Assembly (NCBI GenBank): GCA_905195005.1
Contig: CAJJUC010000001.1
Coordinates: 1 to 53,157, forward strand
DNA: 53,157 bases
Direction of reading: 5' to 3'
Origin: an uncultured Eubacteriales bacterium
GTDB taxonomy: Bacteria > Bacillota > Clostridia > UMGS1883
Below the pieces are notes generated by a model. That model did not search any database. It had not been told where the DNA came from and saw only the letters and a list, made by a program, of their open reading frames with translations. Below, piece by piece: positions 22,384-31,900 of this stretch. The stretch's first letter is position 1. Every line of letters begins with the position of its first letter. A program made the translations under genes and the position numbers.

Positions 22384-24894
22384 TCAGAAGCTCATCTGCT
22401 CCGTTCTTCTGATAATATCATCCTGAAGCGAGCGCGACAGAGTTGTAAACAGTGCGCTGTAACCCGCAACGCGGACAACAAGATTCTTGTAATTTTCGGG
22501 ATGCTCCTGCGCATCGCGCAGCGTTTCGCGGCTTACAACGTTAAACTGAACATGCATTCCCTTCTGGTCGAAGTATGCGCGTATAAGCGAAACAAAGTTC
22601 TGCAAGCCCTCATCGCCTTTAAGCGCCGACGGATGGAATTTCATATTGAACAGAGTTCCGTTTGAGGCAATTGCATGGTCGATTTTTGCAACCGAGTTTG
22701 CCGCTGCCGTCGGTCCGTGAACATCGCGCCCCGCGCAGGGAGAAACACCGTCCGCAATCGGGGTGAACGCCATGCGCCCGTCGGGAGTTGCGCCAGTCTG
22801 CGCCCCGAGCGGCACATTTGCCGAAACGGGGTAAAGCCCTGCCTGGAACATTCCGCCGCGCGGATTTTTGTATTTCTCGAGCGGGCGGGTATATGTATAA
22901 GCCGCCGCGCGGGCAAACTCGTCAACCTCGTCCATATCGTTTCCGAATTTCGGCAGCGCGGTTATGTCCTCCAGAAGCTGTGCATAGCGTGCGCTTCCGC
23001 TGCTCCCCCTGCTTTCATGAACATTTTTGTAAATTTCCTTAATGATTTCCTCGTTGAGCGAAACGCTGTGCTCGGCAAGGCGGCTTGCAATCTGCACTGT
23101 GATTTCTTCATCGCTTGCGGATGAATTTCCGCCGCTGAAATTCGCCTCCAGTGCCGCCTTAACCTCTTTGAGACTGTATTTCTTTTCATCATAGACAAGC
23201 TTTTTGACTGCGTAAAGCGCGTCCGCCATGTTCGCGATTCCGAAGCCCTGCGGTCCCGTGAAATTGTAGTGTGCGCCGCCCTCCTGAACCGATTTTCCTT
23301 TTTCGATGCAGTCGGAAACCATGGACGACAAGAACGGCAGCGGACAGCGGATTGAATGAGCCTTATCGATTGAATTATCGGAATTTACAAGCAGCGTTAT
23401 CATGTATTCCATCTGCTTTTTGTACGCGTCAAAGAATTTTTCGTATGTATCGAGCGTTTCAACCTCACCCGTTTTAACCGAAATCTGTTCGCCCTTGCTT
23501 TTTCCGTTCGAGAACACAAGCTCGAGCGGACGAAGCATGTTGAAGAACGCGGCATCGTGCCAGCCGTCCGTTTTTGACGGAGCCTGCGGCTCAACGCAGC
23601 CGATTATACAGTAATTATGCGCGTCCTCCGATGTTAATCCGCGGCTTAACAGAGCCGGAATGATAACCTCGTCATTGTAATATGCCGGAAGCCCGACGCC
23701 CGTGCGCGTTACATGCGCCGCCATTATAAGCAGCTCGTTCGGCGAACCGTTCCACACCCTTATCGATATGGACGGCTGCGGAAGCATAATATGGAGCGTT
23801 GCGTTCAGGCATATAAACGACAGCTCGTTTGTTGAATCGCGCCCGTCTTCCGTCTGACCGCCGACAATAAGGTTCTGGAAAAGACTGTAGCCTGCAAAGC
23901 CCTCCGCCGAAACGGCATCGCGCACCTTGTTGAGGTCATTGAGCTTGACCCAGATACAGTCAACAAGCTCCTGTGCAGTCGAAAGCGTGATTTTTCCGCT
24001 TTCGTAATCCTTTTTGAAGTAAGGATACATATACATATCAAATCTGCCGGGAGAAATCGAATGACCGCTGCCCTCCGTCTGAATAAGCATCTGAACAAAC
24101 CAGAACGACTGGCACGCTTCATAAAAGCTCTGCGCTCCGTTTGCCGGAACTCTGCGGCAGTTTGCGGCAATTCTCAAAAGCTCCTCTTTGCGTTCGCCGG
24201 TCTCCGCGCTCGCCATACTTTCGGCAAGCTGCGCATATCGGTTTGCATATAAAACGGCTGCGTCGCAGCACTCGATAACCGCTTCGAGGAAGCTTCTGCG
24301 CTGTGCATAATCCGCGTCCGCCGGCTGCACCTTTTCAAGCGCCGCCTGCGCCTCGGTCTTTATCCCGTTGTAGCCTATTGCAAGTACCTTTCCGTAGTCA
24401 ACGCACAGATGACCCACACCGTTATAAAAATAGTTTCCCGTTGTGAAAATGTTATGCTCGATCGCCTTAAGCGCTTCGGGCGCCATAAAGCTCGTTGCAA
24501 GATCGCTGTTTGTCTTGCCCTTCCAGTATTTATGCGCTTCTCTGAGCGCCTGCTTGTTTTCTTCGCTTATGTAGAATGGATCGGCAGAGCGCGTTGCAAC
24601 GGTGTCAAACTCTTTCTCGAGCCACTCGAACGAATATTCCGGGAAGGTTTGGCAGCTTCTCGGTCTCTTTGTGTTGCTGCCGACAATAAGCTCACCTTCG
24701 CGAATCGTTATCGGAAGATTTTTCATTATATGCGCAAACGCGGCGCTTCTTCTTTTAATTATCGGAAGATTCTCCGTCTGCATATAGCTCTCGGTAACAA
24801 GCCGCGCGCGGTCGCTCTCAATCTGAGGCATCTGCTCGAAAAGCATTTCCTTAAGCTTTTCAACGCGCGGAGTCACACCGATGCGTTCCATCAT
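22384..24894 (-). CDS. glycyl radical enzyme of the dehydratase/eliminase clade (probable 1,2-propanediol dehydratase), 836 aa
   Basis: ORF 22384-24963 trimmed to ATG 24894 (MMERIGVTPRVEKLKEML). Thiyl loop IIGCVEPQ (Cys433/Glu435), WHD (Asp447), radical loop VVRVAGYSA (Gly811). Confidence 0.9.
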   Translation of the reverse strand: MMERIGVTPRVEKLKEMLFEQMPQIESDRARLVTESYMQTENLPIIKRRSAAFAHIMKNLPITIREGELIVGSNTKRPRSCQTFPEYSFEWLEKEFDTVATRSADPFYISEENKQALREAHKYWKGKTNSDLATSFMAPEALKAIEHNIFTTGNYFYNGVGHLCVDYGKVLAIGYNGIKTEAQAALEKVQPADADYAQRRSFLEAVIECCDAAVLYANRYAQLAESMASAETGERKEELLRIAANCRRVPANGAQSFYEACQSFWFVQMLIQTEGSGHSISPGRFDMYMYPYFKKDYESGKITLSTAQELVDCIWVKLNDLNKVRDAVSAEGFAGYSLFQNLIVGGQTEDGRDSTNELSFICLNATLHIMLPQPSISIRVWNGSPNELLIMAAHVTRTGVGLPAYYNDEVIIPALLSRGLTSEDAHNYCIIGCVEPQAPSKTDGWHDAAFFNMLRPLELVFSNGKSKGEQISVKTGEVETLDTYEKFFDAYKKQMEYMITLLVNSDNSIDKAHSIRCPLPFLSSMVSDCIEKGKSVQEGGAHYNFTGPQGFGIANMADALYAVKKLVYDEKKYSLKEVKAALEANFSGGNSSASDEEITVQIASRLAEHSVSLNEEIIKEIYKNVHESRGSSGSARYAQLLEDITALPKFGNDMDEVDEFARAAAYTYTRPLEKYKNPRGGMFQAGLYPVSANVPLGAQTGATPDGRMAFTPIADGVSPCAGRDVHGPTAAANSVAKIDHAIASNGTLFNMKFHPSALKGDEGLQNFVSLIRAYFDQKGMHVQFNVVSRETLRDAQEHPENYKNLVVRVAGYSALFTTLSRSLQDDIIRRTEQMSF

Positions 24895-24983
24895 ATTATA
24901 ATCCAAAACAACCCCTCCGTTTCCGTAAATGACAATTTTCCTTTTATGCCGCTGTGGGTTCAATTCTGTTATGCCTTATATAT

Positions 24984-25012
24984 AGAATACAACACATTCA
25001 GACATTTGTCAA
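24984..25012 (-). promoter_or_regulatory. sigma-A-type promoter for the GRE-activase-pduU-pduV unit
   Basis: Minus strand TTGACA (25012-25007), 17-nt spacer, TATTCT (24989-24984). Confidence 0.45.
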
Positions 25013-25112
25013 TAGCAAATCGCAGAAATTCACAGATAAACACATATGTTTTCGCCCAAAACGGTCATCAAACCCACATAATGCCTTTTTAAAGGTTTTT
25101 TCAAGCTGTGTA

Positions 25113-25141
25113 TTGCAAAGAAAAAGCAAATGTGGTATTAT
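25113..25141 (+). promoter_or_regulatory. sigma-A-type promoter for tsaE-tsaB-rpiB-nrdR
   Basis: TTGCAA (25113-25118), 17-nt spacer ending in TGg (extended -10), TATTAT (25136-25141). Confidence 0.45.
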
Positions 25142-25179
25142 ATATAAATAGGAAATTATTATTACGGAGGGTGTGCCGA

Positions 25180-25623
25180 TTGGAATACTTATCTCACAGC
25201 GCCGAGGAAACGGAGCGCATTGCATATGATTTGGCCGCTGAAATTGAGCCGCCGTGCGTAATCTGCCTTTTCGGAGACCTCGGAGCCGGCAAAACGGCGT
25301 TTGTCCGCGGATTCGCGCGGCGCTTTGGAGTGACGGAGGGCGTGTGCTCGCCAACGTTCATAATAATGCACTGCTACAGCGGCGCCGTGCAGATAAATCA
25401 TTACGACCTGTATCGCATAGGCAGCTTTGAGGAGCTGGAGGATATTGGCTTTGACGAACAGATTTCAAGCGGAATCTCGCTCATTGAATGGCCGGATTCC
25501 TTTATTGACTGCCTGCCGGAGGAGCGCATTGATATTTCAATTACGCGCAGCGGCGATGATGAGAACACGCGCCGGATCACGGTTAAGGATTTGCGCCGGG
25601 TGCGAAAGGAGCAGTTATCATGA
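25180..25623 (+). CDS. tsaE: tRNA t6A37 biosynthesis ATPase TsaE
   Basis: ORF 25108-25623 trimmed to TTG 25180, 9 nt after GGAGG. P-loop LFGDLGAGKTAFVRG. Confidence 0.8.
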   Translation: MEYLSHSAEETERIAYDLAAEIEPPCVICLFGDLGAGKTAFVRGFARRFGVTEGVCSPTFIIMHCYSGAVQINHYDLYRIGSFEELEDIGFDEQISSGISLIEWPDSFIDCLPEERIDISITRSGDDENTRRITVKDLRRVRKEQLS

Positions 25624-26312
25624 ATCTGAAAATACTTGCGCTCGATACGTCCGCGCTCACCGCGTCCGCCGCGCTGCTTGACGGCAACACTGTCAAGGGG
25701 GAAATTTCATTCACCTGTGCGCTCAATCATTCACAGACGATTATGGAATCGGTTGACGCACTGCTGCGCAGATTGTCGCTCACGCCGAAGGATGTTGACC
25801 TGTTTGCCTGCGCGAACGGTCCGGGCTCGTTCACAGGGCTCAGAATCGGCATCGGTACAGTTAAGGGGCTTGCTTTCGGAGCTGATAAAATGACTGTCGG
25901 AGTGCCGACGCTTCTGGCGCTTGCGCATAATGTGTCCGTAAGCGATTGCCTGATTGCCCCGATTATGGATGCGCGCCGCAGTCAGGTTTACAATGCGCTT
26001 TACCGAAGCGAAAACGGGATCCTTCGCGAGGTTTGTCCTCCGCGCGCCGTTTCGGTTGAGGATTTGTGCGGCGGGCTGAACGAAAAAACGCTGTTTGTCG
26101 GTGACGGAGTTAATCCCTACCGCGAAAAAATCACTGAGCTGCTCGGCGGAAACGCACTGTTTGCACCGCCGAATCTTTGCCTGCAAAGCGCAGCAAGCGT
26201 TGCACTTGCCGCACGCGATATTCCGCCCGTTTCGGCGGCGGAGCTGGGGGCTGTGTATCTTCGCAAATCGCAGGCGGAAAGAGAACGGGAAGAAAAGAAA
26301 GGAAACGAATGA
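25620..26312 (+). CDS. tsaB: tRNA t6A37 biosynthesis protein TsaB
   Basis: MNLKILALDTSALTASAALLDG..., GPGSFTGLRIGIG. Overlaps tsaE by 4 nt. Confidence 0.85.
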   Translation: MNLKILALDTSALTASAALLDGNTVKGEISFTCALNHSQTIMESVDALLRRLSLTPKDVDLFACANGPGSFTGLRIGIGTVKGLAFGADKMTVGVPTLLALAHNVSVSDCLIAPIMDARRSQVYNALYRSENGILREVCPPRAVSVEDLCGGLNEKTLFVGDGVNPYREKITELLGGNALFAPPNLCLQSAASVALAARDIPPVSAAELGAVYLRKSQAEREREEKKGNE

Positions 26313-26313
26313 A

Positions 26314-26811
26314 ATGAAAATTGCCATGGCTGCCGATCACGGCGGATACGAACTGAAAAACATACTTAAGGAATATCTTGAAGCAAAGGGGAACAGCATT
26401 ACAGACCTCGGAACAAATTCATCCGGGAGCGTTGATTATCCCGATTATGCCGCTCTTTGCTGCAGGGAGGTAACGGGCGGACATGCCGATTTCGGTATTC
26501 TTGTCTGCGGAACGGGCGTCGGGATTTCAATTGCGGCAAACAAAATCCGCGGAATCCGCTGCGGACTGTGCTACTCGCCCGAGGTTGCGGCGCTTGTCAA
26601 GCAGCACAACAATGCAAACGTTATTGCTCTCGGCGGACGGACAACCGACCCCGAAACGGCAAAGAAAATTGTGGACGCATATATGTCGGCTGACTTTGAG
26701 GGAGGCCGCCACACAAGAAGAATAGATAAAATCACAGAGCTTGAAAAAGGCCGAGAGGAGGAACGCTCATGCGCTGCCCGTTTTGCGGTCATTCAGACAG
26801 CAAGGTTATAG
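26314..26811 (+). CDS. rpiB: ribose-5-phosphate isomerase B
   Basis: In frame with ORF 26095-26811; ATG 26314. [36 protein letters not shown]. The 3' end overlaps nrdR by 43 nt. Confidence 0.85.
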   Translation: MKIAMAADHGGYELKNILKEYLEAKGNSITDLGTNSSGSVDYPDYAALCCREVTGGHADFGILVCGTGVGISIAANKIRGIRCGLCYSPEVAALVKQHNNANVIALGGRTTDPETAKKIVDAYMSADFEGGRHTRRIDKITELEKGREEERSCAARFAVIQTARL

Positions 26812-27227
26812 ATTCGCGCCCGGCTGACGACGGAAACGCAATCAGACGCCGCCGCGAATGTATCGAATGTGAAAAACGCTTCACAACATATGAAAAGGTT
26901 GAAAGTCTGCCGCTGATTGTTATAAAAAAGGACAAAACGCGCCAGCAGTTCGACCGCGAAAAGCTGCTTGTCGGCATAACGCGCGCCTGCGAGAAGCGGC
27001 CGGTTGAAACAAAGCAGCTCGAAGAGCTTGTTGACAGAATCGAATCCGAGCTTCAGAACACGCTGCGCCGCGAGATTTCCAGCGCGGAAATCGGCGAAAA
27101 GGTTATGGAGGGGCTTCGCGGAATCGATGAGGTTTCCTATGTGCGCTTTGCTTCCGTTTACAGACAGTTTAAGGACGCAAGCACATTTATCGCAGAGGTG
27201 AACAAGCTTCTGACGGAAAAAAACTAA
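26769..27227 (+). CDS. nrdR: transcriptional repressor NrdR
   Basis: [18 protein letters not shown] zinc ribbon plus an ATP-cone domain. Confidence 0.9.
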   Translation: MRCPFCGHSDSKVIDSRPADDGNAIRRRRECIECEKRFTTYEKVESLPLIVIKKDKTRQQFDREKLLVGITRACEKRPVETKQLEELVDRIESELQNTLRREISSAEIGEKVMEGLRGIDEVSYVRFASVYRQFKDASTFIAEVNKLLTEKN

Positions 27228-27240
27228 AGGGAGGAAAATC

Positions 27241-28896
27241 ATGGCACAGCGAGTTATGTACGATGTTACAAAATTCAGTTCCTTGCGCGAAATGCTTGAA
27301 ATTGCAAAAGCGCAGGCAGGTGACAATATTGCTTTTAAATTCAAGAAAAACGGAGAGGTGCAAAGCATTTCCTACAACCGCTTTTACGAAGATGTTTACG
27401 CGCTCGGCACGGAGCTTGCAAGCCGCGGCATAAGCGGCACGCACATTGCCTGCGTCGGCGAAAACAGCTATAAATGGGTAAATATTTATCTTGCGGTTCT
27501 CTGCTCGGACAGCGTTTTTGTCGGAATCGACAAGGAGCTGCCGCCCGCCGATTTTCTTAATATTCTGAAGGAAAGTGACAGCGAGGTACTCTTCTATTGG
27601 AGAAAAACCGAGGACATTATAAAAGAGCATATGGACGAGCTTGGAAAGATTAAGCTTTTCATAGGCATTGACCGCACCGAGGACGACGGGCAGTTTCTTG
27701 CGCTTGATTCCTTTATTGAGCATGGGCGCGAGCTTTATAAAAACGGCGACAAATCCTATATTTCAATGCAAAACGACCCCGAAAAAATGAAAATGCTTGT
27801 CTACACTTCCGGCACAACCGGCATTGCAAAAGGCGTTATGCTTTCGGAGAAAAATCTTGTTGCGTGCGTATATAACGGGCTGAGAGTTTCGACAATATAC
27901 ACAACGGGTCTTTCGCTTCTTCCCTATCATCACACCTACGAGGCGGTCTGCGGACTGCTGGTCGGGCTTCACAAGCATGTCACAATATGCATAAACGAAA
28001 GCCTTCGCGCAGTTGCGAAAAATCTGGCGCTGTACAAGCCCGATTATATGTACGTTGTTCCGGCTGTTGCGTCGGCGCTTCACAAAAACGTTATCAGAAC
28101 GGCAAAAAAGCAGGGCAAGCTCGGCGCGCTTGAATTTATGATAAAGGTATCGAACGGGCTGCGCAAGGTTGGAATCGACATCCGCAAAAAAGCGTTTGCA
28201 TCAGTTCATGCAGGGCTCGGCGGCAGACTGCGCAAGGTTGTCTGCGGCGGCGCGCCCGTACCGGTCGATACGGCTAAGTTTTTTGACGATATAGGAATCG
28301 CGCTCATCAACGGCTACGGAATCACAGAATGTTCGCCGCTTGTAAGCGCGAATGCTGACAGTGACAACGATTTCCGTACTGTCGGCTATCCGTTGCCGTG
28401 CGTTGAGCTGAAAATCGAAAATAAGGACGAGGACGGCATCGGGGAGATCTGCGTTAAGGGCGATACCGTTATGCTCGGCTATTACAAACGCCCAGACCTC
28501 ACAGCCGAGGTAATTAAGGACGGCTGGTTCTCCACAGGCGATTTCGGGTATATAAACAAGCGCGGTCAGCTTGTCATAACCGGGCGCAAGAAAAATATCA
28601 TTGTGCTTGACAACGGCAAAAATATTTATCCCGAGGAAATCGAGGAATATATTTACACTCTTGCATATGTCAAGGAGGTTGTCGTATACGATTACGATGA
28701 CAATGGCAAAAAGGAGCTTTGCGCAGAAATCTTCCCGGATAATGAGCTTCTTGAGGGGGCGGATGTTAATGCGGATATATGCCGCGTTCTCTCCGAGCTT
28801 CCGAGCTATAAGCAGATAACGAAAATTGTTATGCGTGACAAGGAGTTTATTAAAAACACGTCGCAGAAAATCAAGCGCGGAGAAATCCACAAATAA
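27241..28896 (+). CDS. AMP-binding acyl-CoA synthetase (long-chain fatty-acid-CoA ligase-like)
   Basis: LVYTSGTTGIAKGVMLS, GYGITE and TGDFGYINKRGQLVITGRKKNII are adenylate-forming motifs. Confidence 0.8.
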   Translation: MAQRVMYDVTKFSSLREMLEIAKAQAGDNIAFKFKKNGEVQSISYNRFYEDVYALGTELASRGISGTHIACVGENSYKWVNIYLAVLCSDSVFVGIDKELPPADFLNILKESDSEVLFYWRKTEDIIKEHMDELGKIKLFIGIDRTEDDGQFLALDSFIEHGRELYKNGDKSYISMQNDPEKMKMLVYTSGTTGIAKGVMLSEKNLVACVYNGLRVSTIYTTGLSLLPYHHTYEAVCGLLVGLHKHVTICINESLRAVAKNLALYKPDYMYVVPAVASALHKNVIRTAKKQGKLGALEFMIKVSNGLRKVGIDIRKKAFASVHAGLGGRLRKVVCGGAPVPVDTAKFFDDIGIALINGYGITECSPLVSANADSDNDFRTVGYPLPCVELKIENKDEDGIGEICVKGDTVMLGYYKRPDLTAEVIKDGWFSTGDFGYINKRGQLVITGRKKNIIVLDNGKNIYPEEIEEYIYTLAYVKEVVVYDYDDNGKKELCAEIFPDNELLEGADVNADICRVLSELPSYKQITKIVMRDKEFIKNTSQKIKRGEIHK

Positions 28897-28905
28897 AATA
28901 AATGA

Positions 28906-28941
28906 GCAGGGTGTGCGGAATCGGTTATCCGCACACCCTGC
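28906..28941. terminator. bidirectional intrinsic terminator between convergent genes
   Basis: 14-bp perfect stem gcagggtgtgcgga / tccgcacaccctgc, with T-rich sequence following. Confidence 0.7.
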
Positions 28942-28945
28942 TTCT

Positions 28946-31900
28946 TTATTTGCTTCCGCGCTTTTCCGGATCTTTGCGAACCGCTGCATATACAATCGCC
29001 GCAGCTGCTGCCGCGGCGGCAATAAGCGCTGCAACAACCGCGATTTTTGCGATAAGACTGCGCTTCACTGCCGAAAATGAGAAGTCATTTCCCTTAACCT
29101 CAAATACTATATAGCTTCCGTCCTCGTGCGTTTGCACTCTGCGCCACTCATTTCCGCTCAAAACATATATCCTCGGATTTTTAACCTTTTTCGGTGGTGC
29201 ATAATGCACGGTTACAACGCTTGCGTCATTTTCCGACAGCGTTACATGCAGGCGTTCCGCCTCACGCCGCTGCAAGCCCTTCCCCGGCACATGGTTTTTC
29301 TCGTTTTCAACCGTCATTTTCGGATTCGTGCCGAACAGCCCCTCAATAAGCAGCACAGGCGTTGTTTTTCCGCGCTTGCGGCTGCTTTCGATTGCCGTCA
29401 CATAGTCATAATATTCTGCATTTGCCTCAACGTCATGTGTCAGCTTGTTAAACTTCGTTCTGTCCCATTTGCCGAACAGCTTATCGCGCGAGGGAACGTT
29501 CGGAATCTCCTTGTCCGTCAGTGATTCTCCGTACGCAAATTCCACTTCCTTGTATACCTTGTCATCAACATAAAACGTTGCGGTAAACGACATAAATTCC
29601 TGCGGCACATTCGGAAGCGCAATCATTGCATCGTATGAAAGCGGCTCCGCCTTTCCGCTGTAGCTCACGGAATCAACGCCGTGTTCCTTGTCGGAGGTAA
29701 AATAGTTCGCCGTGTATTCCTTTTTTATATCTCCGGCAATCGCGCCGCGGTATTCGTTCGCACTTTCTATATAAGCAACAGACAGGCAGTTAAACACATT
29801 ATTTCCCCGCCCGACAATACCGCCGACATAATTTTCTCCCGAAACAATGCTCTTCGAATAGCAATTTTTTATCGTCGATTCCGAAAGACCGGCTATTCCG
29901 CCGACATAATTGCCGCTGGAGCTTTCCGCTCTACCGCATGCAAGCGAGTCGATTATACTTCCCAAATCCTCCTTGCCGCATATTGCGCCGACGCAGTTTT
30001 TCTTTGCGCTGACGCTGCCGCGGTTCGTACACTCGCGCACAACCGCCTTTGTTTTGTAAACAAAATTGAGAGATTTATCTCCGCGCTTTGAAACATCGTC
30101 CTCGGGGTCAAAATCAAACTCGATAGCCATTGAACCCACAATTCCGCCAACGTTCAGATCGCCGTGCACCTTTCCGCGGTTTATGCTGCGCACCGTTTTT
30201 CCGTTTGATTTATCATCGGCGTCACTATCGGAAATGTCCTCCGTCAAATCCTCCGCTGTTTTATCCTTATTATCGTCGTAAATCCCTGTCAGCTCATCTG
30301 TCACGCGGAACATTTTGTCCGACATATCCTGAAGATTCTTTGCCATGCTTCCTGCCGAGCCGTCAACATCGTCTGACAGTCCGCCGAGCGAATCGGTGAT
30401 TTTTCCGATTGTGTCCGAAAGCTTATCCTTTCGCGCCGTGAAATCGTCATCTATCCGCGGCAGAGTGATCAGCGGTTTTGAAGCAAAATCGCTGAAAATG
30501 TCCGACATTTGCCCGAGCGAACCGATAATAACATCTCCGCAGTCCTTTATTTTATCCGTCACATCACGGATTGAATCCATTGCATCCTTAATTTCGTCCG
30601 AAGCGTCCGACGCACTGTCCGCCGCGGTTTTCATATGGTCAATCGATTTTGTTACCGAATCCATTGCGTCCTTCATATATCCGGCGGCACGGGCACAATC
30701 GTCCAATCCGCTTGACAAGCCGCTCAGGCTCAGCTTGTTTATTGCATCCGGCAGGCGGTCAAATCCGTTACCGAGCTTGTCAAGCCCCTCCCTGAATAAA
30801 TCGTTACTGTTTTTGATGGATGAAATCGATTCGCTTATTGTATCACTCATCTTCTTAAATTCCTCGGCTATGCTCGAATCCGGATTTTTAACGCTTCCGA
30901 AGAAGTCCGTAACAGCGTTCCTTATTCTTGCGAGCGATTCATCCGTGCGCGTGAGCGCTTTGTTGATTTTGCTGATCCCGATTGCGATTTTGTGAAGCGC
31001 ATTCTTAAGCGCGCCCATATCTCCAACGCTTGCCGCCGCACTCGTGAGACCTCTTTCAAGATATGACGAAGCCTCGCTCAGCTCCTTGCAGGCTGCTTTA
31101 AGTTCGTCCAGCGCACTGTCAAGCTCATCCGTCTTTATAGTGTCAACTGCGTCCGAAATTTTGTCAAATTCCTTTTTATAGCCGTCTGCAAGCGAAGCAA
31201 TGCTGTCAGCCTGCTTTGCCATTGTGTCAAACACTGGCGCAATGCTGCTCAGCGTTCCGCTGAGCCTTGCCGACAAATCGTTTGCGGAATCGATTCCGCT
31301 GTTCATCAGCTCCTTCGACTTGTCGAGCAGCGAATCTGTATCTGTCCGCGCATCGTCAACATATCCGCGGATTGAATCCAGGCGGTTTTTGACGGTAGTT
31401 TTCGATCCTCTGAAATCGGCAATCGCCGCGTCAACGGAGGACTGAAGCGAGTCAAGCGCGTCGGAAACCCTGTCGAACGATGACAGATTATACTCAAGCA
31501 CGGTGTACGGCTCCATTTGTCCGCATATGCCGCCGACATCCTTTCGTCCGTAAACCTTTCCGCTGTTTGTGCAATCGCTCACATATCCACACTGTCTGCC
31601 GACAATTCCGCCGATGTTGTACCCGACATGCTCATAGCCTACTCTGCCGCTGTTTGCGCAATCCTGCAAAACACCGGACGAATATCCCGCAACGCCGCCC
31701 ACGTCGGTTATATCTGTTGTGTTTTCGGCAGAGCGGATTTTCTCCAGATTTATATTGTCGATGTCCAGCTTAACCTCCTCTGTGTATGTGTTCACATCAC
31801 CGGAATTGGCGCACATCATAATCTGGCCGAAGTTTCTGCCGGCAATGCCTCCGGCATAATGCTCTCCGTAAACCTTGGCGTGCGATTTGCAGCCGTTTAT

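Noticed and set aside
24895-24963. 23-codon N-terminal extension of the GRE ORF (MNPQRHKRKIVIYGNGGVVLDYN)
   Set aside because: The canonical GRE N-terminal block starts at MMERIG, and the extension lies in the predicted 5' UTR only ~20 nt from the putative transcription start. Not excluded, because no strong SD precedes either start.
12213-25012. Reading the BMC locus as a classical Pdu or Eut compartment, or as a choline (CutC) GRM
   Set aside because: No pduCDE or eutBC genes and no cobalamin-handling genes are present apart from a PduS-like protein. The class II aldolase, the DeoR regulator and the DhaB1-like Cys433/Glu435/Asp447 spacing favour a diol-dehydratase GRM. Choline specificity cannot be strictly excluded by eye.
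12160-25015. Identical 10-mer CTATTGACAA at three minus-strand promoters (12160-12169, 20744-20753, 25006-25015)
   Set aside because: The core is just the consensus -35 hexamer, and one of the three drives housekeeping rpmG. The shared flanks are probably local promoter context rather than a BMC-specific operator.
28201-29037. 278-aa minus-strand ORF inside the acyl-CoA synthetase gene and across the terminator
   Set aside because: It is antisense to a gene with clear AMP-binding motifs and runs through a strong terminator hairpin, so it is not credible.
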